Positions 16,619 to 20,000 of a stretch of 20,000 nucleotides of DNA are shown here, one piece after another. Under the pieces are notes generated by a model, which saw only the letters and a list, made by a program, of their open reading frames with translations, searched no databases and had not been told where the DNA came from. Position 1 is the first letter of the stretch, and each line of letters opens with the position of its first letter. Both the position numbers and the translations under genes were made by a program. Source of the stretch: an uncultured virus (IMG/VR IMGVR_UViG_3300009370_000013) (Duplodnaviria > Heunggongvirae > Uroviricota > Caudoviricetes); IMG/VR virus record IMGVR_UViG_3300009370_000013. One strand, given 5' to 3'.

Positions 16619-16712
16619 TCCATAGTTATGAAATTTGACTATGGTCGTATGAAAACATACGGAATATGCGAAAAGATACAAACTAATTAGTTAATTATAA
16701 GGAGAAAACCTA

Positions 16713-18632
16713 ATGGCATTTCAAGTATCACCAGGTGTTCTCGTACAGGAAAAAGACTTAACAAGAATTATTCCTGCCGTTTCATCTTCTTCTGGAGCTT
16801 TTGCTGGACAATTCAGTAAAGGACCTCTTGATGAAGCAGTGAGTATCGGTAGTGAATCTGAATTGGTATCAACGTTTGGAAAACCAGATAACTCTAATTT
16901 TGAGAGTTATTTTAGTGCTTCAAACTTTTTACAATATTCAAATAACTTGAAAGTAGTTCGTGTACAGAACTCATCTGTTTCAAACGCAACTGAAAGTGGT
17001 AGTGCGTTTGTTATAAAGAATACTACTGATTACCAAGACAATTATGCTGACGGTTCTGCTTCTGTAGGAATGTGGGCTAGTAGAACAGCGGGTGCGTGGG
17101 GAAACAATATAAGCGTTTCTCAATGTGCTTCTGCTACTGCTTATGAAGAAACTGCTAAAACAACTGTTGCTGACGCTTCAACAAGTGTCGGAGATACGGT
17201 GGTTACAGTTACTTCCTCTACAGGAATTAGTGCTGGAGATATAGTTAATTTTGGTGATGAATATGAATATAGAGTTATTAGTGTTGCAACTAACGACTTA
17301 AACATTGTGCGAAAAGAAGAACCAACATATTTTGGTACTTCTGACTCTTCTGGATTACAAAAGACTATTACAAATGGTGCTGATGTAAGACGAAGATGGA
17401 GATATTATGACCTATTTAATAAAGCACCAGGAACATCTACTTACGCTCAATCAAGAGGTGGTAGCGGCGATGAAATGCATATTGCAATCATTGACGAAGA
17501 TGGTGGAATTATTGGAACTAAAGGGGAAATTTTAGAAAGATTTGAAGCAGTATCAAAAGCTTCAGACGCTAAGAGTCCTCAAGGTGACACTAATTACTAT
17601 TCAGACGTACTTTACAATTCAAGTAATTACGTTTATTGGATGGACCACAACTCTTCTGGATCCAATTGGGGCACGGCGGCACAAGGGACAACATTTACAG
17701 ATGTAACTTCTGTAAGTAATGTATCATTATCAAATGGTTCAGACGGTTCAAGTGCTACAGTTGCTCAAACTAAATCTGCTTATGAAAAATTCCAAGACGC
17801 TGAAACAACAGACGTTGGACTTTTAATTGCAGGTGCTGGTAGCTCAACACATATAGACAATTTAATTACTATTGCTGAAAACAGAAAAGACTGTGTAGTT
17901 TTTGCAAGTCCTGAAAGAAGTGATGTAGTTAATGTAACTAACTCAGCAACACAAAAAGATAATGTTGTAGGATTCTTTAATGGAATCAACTCATCTTCTT
18001 ACGTGTTTTTTGATAGCGGTTACAAATATATGTACGATAGATATAATGACGTGTTTAGATATGTACCTTTAAATGGCGATATGGCAGGATTATCAGCAAG
18101 AACTGATAGTGTTGCAGACGCTTGGTACTCACCTGCAGGATTAAACCGAGGTGTAGTAAGAGGTGCAGTTAAACTGGCATTTAATCCAACTAAATCACAA
18201 AGAGATGAATTATACAGAGCAAGAGTAAATCCTGTGACTACGTTCCCAGGACAAGGAACTGTATTATTCGGTGATAAAACTGGACTAAAAAATCCTAGTG
18301 CGTTTGACAGAATCAATGTACGAAGATTGTTTATCGTTTTAGAAAAGGCAATATCAACTGCTTCTAAAGTCCAACTTTTTGAATTCAATGATGAATTCAC
18401 TAGAGCAGGATTTAGAAATATGGTAGAACCATTTTTAAGAGAAGTACAAGGACGAAGAGGGATTACAGACTACCTAGTAGTTTGTGATGAAACTAACAAC
18501 ACAGGTGAAGTAATTGATAGAAATGAATTTGTAGCAGAAATATTTGTTAAACCTGCTAGAAGTATCAACTTTATCTCACTTCAATTTGTGGCAACAAGAA
18601 CAGGCGTTTCCTTTGAGGAAGTCGCAGGCTAA
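16713..18632 (+). CDS. gp18: Tail sheath protein gp18 (contractile tail)
   Basis: MAFQVSPGV.V.EKDLT, F.KGP, FLQY, WYSPAG.NRG, LFGDKT, SAFDRINVRRLF, FEFNDEFTR and KPARSINFI.L.FVATRTGV.F.E. Confidence 0.97.
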   Translation: MAFQVSPGVLVQEKDLTRIIPAVSSSSGAFAGQFSKGPLDEAVSIGSESELVSTFGKPDNSNFESYFSASNFLQYSNNLKVVRVQNSSVSNATESGSAFVIKNTTDYQDNYADGSASVGMWASRTAGAWGNNISVSQCASATAYEETAKTTVADASTSVGDTVVTVTSSTGISAGDIVNFGDEYEYRVISVATNDLNIVRKEEPTYFGTSDSSGLQKTITNGADVRRRWRYYDLFNKAPGTSTYAQSRGGSGDEMHIAIIDEDGGIIGTKGEILERFEAVSKASDAKSPQGDTNYYSDVLYNSSNYVYWMDHNSSGSNWGTAAQGTTFTDVTSVSNVSLSNGSDGSSATVAQTKSAYEKFQDAETTDVGLLIAGAGSSTHIDNLITIAENRKDCVVFASPERSDVVNVTNSATQKDNVVGFFNGINSSSYVFFDSGYKYMYDRYNDVFRYVPLNGDMAGLSARTDSVADAWYSPAGLNRGVVRGAVKLAFNPTKSQRDELYRARVNPVTTFPGQGTVLFGDKTGLKNPSAFDRINVRRLFIVLEKAISTASKVQLFEFNDEFTRAGFRNMVEPFLREVQGRRGITDYLVVCDETNNTGEVIDRNEFVAEIFVKPARSINFISLQFVATRTGVSFEEVAG

Positions 18633-18656
18633 TAGAGAGAATAACGGAGAAATAAA

Positions 18657-19184
18657 ATGGCAAACATAAATGATTTCAAAGCTAAACTTTCGGGCGGCGG
18701 CGCAAGAAGTAACCAGTATAAAGTGGTTATGCCTTTCCCAGGCTACGCTCAGTTAGGTGGAGAAATAGAAGACCTAGCGTTTTTATGTCAAGGTGCTGAA
18801 TTACCAGGAATGGCAATAGCAACCGTTGAAGTTCCTTTTAGAGGAAGAGCAATAAAAATCGCTGGAGATAGAAGTATAGCGGATTGGACTATCAAAGTAC
18901 TAAATGATACTAATTTCAAATTGCGTAATGCATTTGAAAGATGGATGAACGGTATTAATAATATGACTGATAACGAAGGATTAACAAATCCAGTTGACTA
19001 CCAAGTTGACGCATTTGTTGACCAATTGGATAGAAATGGTAACCCTATTAAGAAATATACTTTAAGAGGTGTATTTCCAATAAGTATCAATGCTATCCCT
19101 TTAGATTATGAAGCAAAAACAACGGTATCAGAAACAACTATTGCTTTAGCGTTCCAATACTTTGAAAGTAACACAACTACTTAA
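18657..19184 (+). CDS. gp19: Tail tube protein gp19
   Basis: GGARSNQY.V, FLC....LPG, VPFRGR..KIAGDR....W, R.AFE.WMNGIN and V.QLDRNG; directly after gp18. Confidence 0.95.
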   Translation: MANINDFKAKLSGGGARSNQYKVVMPFPGYAQLGGEIEDLAFLCQGAELPGMAIATVEVPFRGRAIKIAGDRSIADWTIKVLNDTNFKLRNAFERWMNGINNMTDNEGLTNPVDYQVDAFVDQLDRNGNPIKKYTLRGVFPISINAIPLDYEAKTTVSETTIALAFQYFESNTTT

Positions 19185-19192
19185 TCTTTCAT

Positions 19193-19200
19193 TATAAATA
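19193..19200 (+). promoter_or_regulatory. T4-type late promoter
   Basis: Exact TATAAATA in the gp19-gp20 gap; AAGGAG SD at 19215-19220. Confidence 0.8.
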
Positions 19201-19227
19201 GTATTGAAAGTTTTAAGGAGATAAATT

Positions 19228-20000
19228 ATGGCTGAACTATTTGGATTTTCTATAACAAGGCTTAAAAAACCTCAGGATCCAAAACAAGCATTTACACAAC
19301 CACAAGCGGATGATGGCACTCAAACCATCGCCGCTGGTGGGTATTATGGTCAATACTTGGATATGGAAGGTCAGACAAAGACCGAGCAAGACCTTATCAG
19401 ACGTTATAGAGAAATCGCTTTACATCCCGAGTGCGATATGGCAATTGAGGATATCATAAATGAATCAATTGTTGCAAACGAAATCAAAGACGCAATAAGA
19501 TTAAACCTAGAATATTTACCATTCGGTAAAGATGTCAGAAGAAAAATAGAAGACGAGTTTAAGGAAGTTTTAAGATTGATGAACTTCCATACTAGAGGTC
19601 ACGATATCTTTAGAAGATGGTACGTGGACGGTAGATTATATTATCATAAAGTAATTGATAGAGAATCTACAAGAAAGGGTATTACAGAATTAAGATATAT
19701 AGACCCTAGAAAAATTAAAAAGATTAGAGAAGTAAGAAAGAGAAGACCAGATGGACCTACTCCATATGGTTTAAATGTTATTGATGAAGTTAAAGAATAC
19801 TTTTTGTTTAATGAAAAAGGTGTTACAAATACTACATCTGGTGGAATTAAAATTGCTGTTGACGCAATAGCATTTTGTCCAAGTGGACTGATAGACCAAA
19901 ACAAAAATATGGTCTTATCATATTTACATAAAGCAATTAAACCTGTTAATCAATTACGTATGATTGAGGACGCAAGTGTTATATACAGAATTGCAAGAGC
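19228..20000 (+). CDS. gp20: Portal vertex protein gp20, 3'-partial (absent from the ORF track)
   Basis: Manual translation from ATG 19228: MAELFGFSI...LIRRYREIALHPECDMAIEDIINE...IFRRWYVDGRLYYHK...ELRYIDPRKIKK...LSYLHKAIKPVNQLRMIEDA.VIYRIAR, open to the window end. Confidence 0.96.
   Translation, partial: MAELFGFSITRLKKPQDPKQAFTQPQADDGTQTIAAGGYYGQYLDMEGQTKTEQDLIRRYREIALHPECDMAIEDIINESIVANEIKDAIRLNLEYLPFGKDVRRKIEDEFKEVLRLMNFHTRGHDIFRRWYVDGRLYYHKVIDRESTRKGITELRYIDPRKIKKIREVRKRRPDGPTPYGLNVIDEVKEYFLFNEKGVTNTTSGGIKIAVDAIAFCPSGLIDQNKNMVLSYLHKAIKPVNQLRMIEDASVIYRIAR

Noticed and set aside
3789..19904. All minus-strand ORFs in the track (60-151 aa)
   Set aside because: They are antisense to well-supported + strand genes and have no recognisable motifs; they are shadow ORFs arising from codon bias.
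14965..20000. Introns, inteins or homing endonucleases in gp17-gp20
   Set aside because: The ORFs are continuous and of normal length, with no splicing or endonuclease motifs seen.
1..20000. CRISPR array, tRNA genes or stop-codon reassignment
   Set aside because: The repeats are protein-coding and degenerate, no tRNA-like cloverleaf or repeat-spacer array was seen in the short intergenic gaps, and TAA, TAG and TGA all end genes at plausible positions.

Overview
AT-rich window (roughly one-third GC by eye) from a T4-like myovirus, with every real gene on the + strand. Left: a tail-fibre/adhesin region, consisting of a 5'-truncated giant repeat protein, a beta-propeller/cupredoxin-like protein, a short fibre protein, an aromatic-rich putative receptor-binding protein and a small acidic protein. 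Right: the conserved T4 morphogenesis block gp13-gp14-gp15-gp16-gp17-gp18-gp19-gp20 (gp20 3'-truncated), with T4 late promoters (TATAAATA) in the intergenic gaps. A tetrapyrrole/bilin auxiliary metabolic set is interleaved in two pieces. Heme oxygenase plus a PcyX-type ferredoxin-dependent bilin reductase lie just before gp13. A ParB-like ORF, 5-aminolevulinate synthase (hemA) and a 2OG-Fe(II) oxygenase lie between the two terminase genes. The Shemin-type ALAS and low GC point to an alphaproteobacterial, possibly SAR11-like, host (inference). All calls come from motif recognition; no searches were run.
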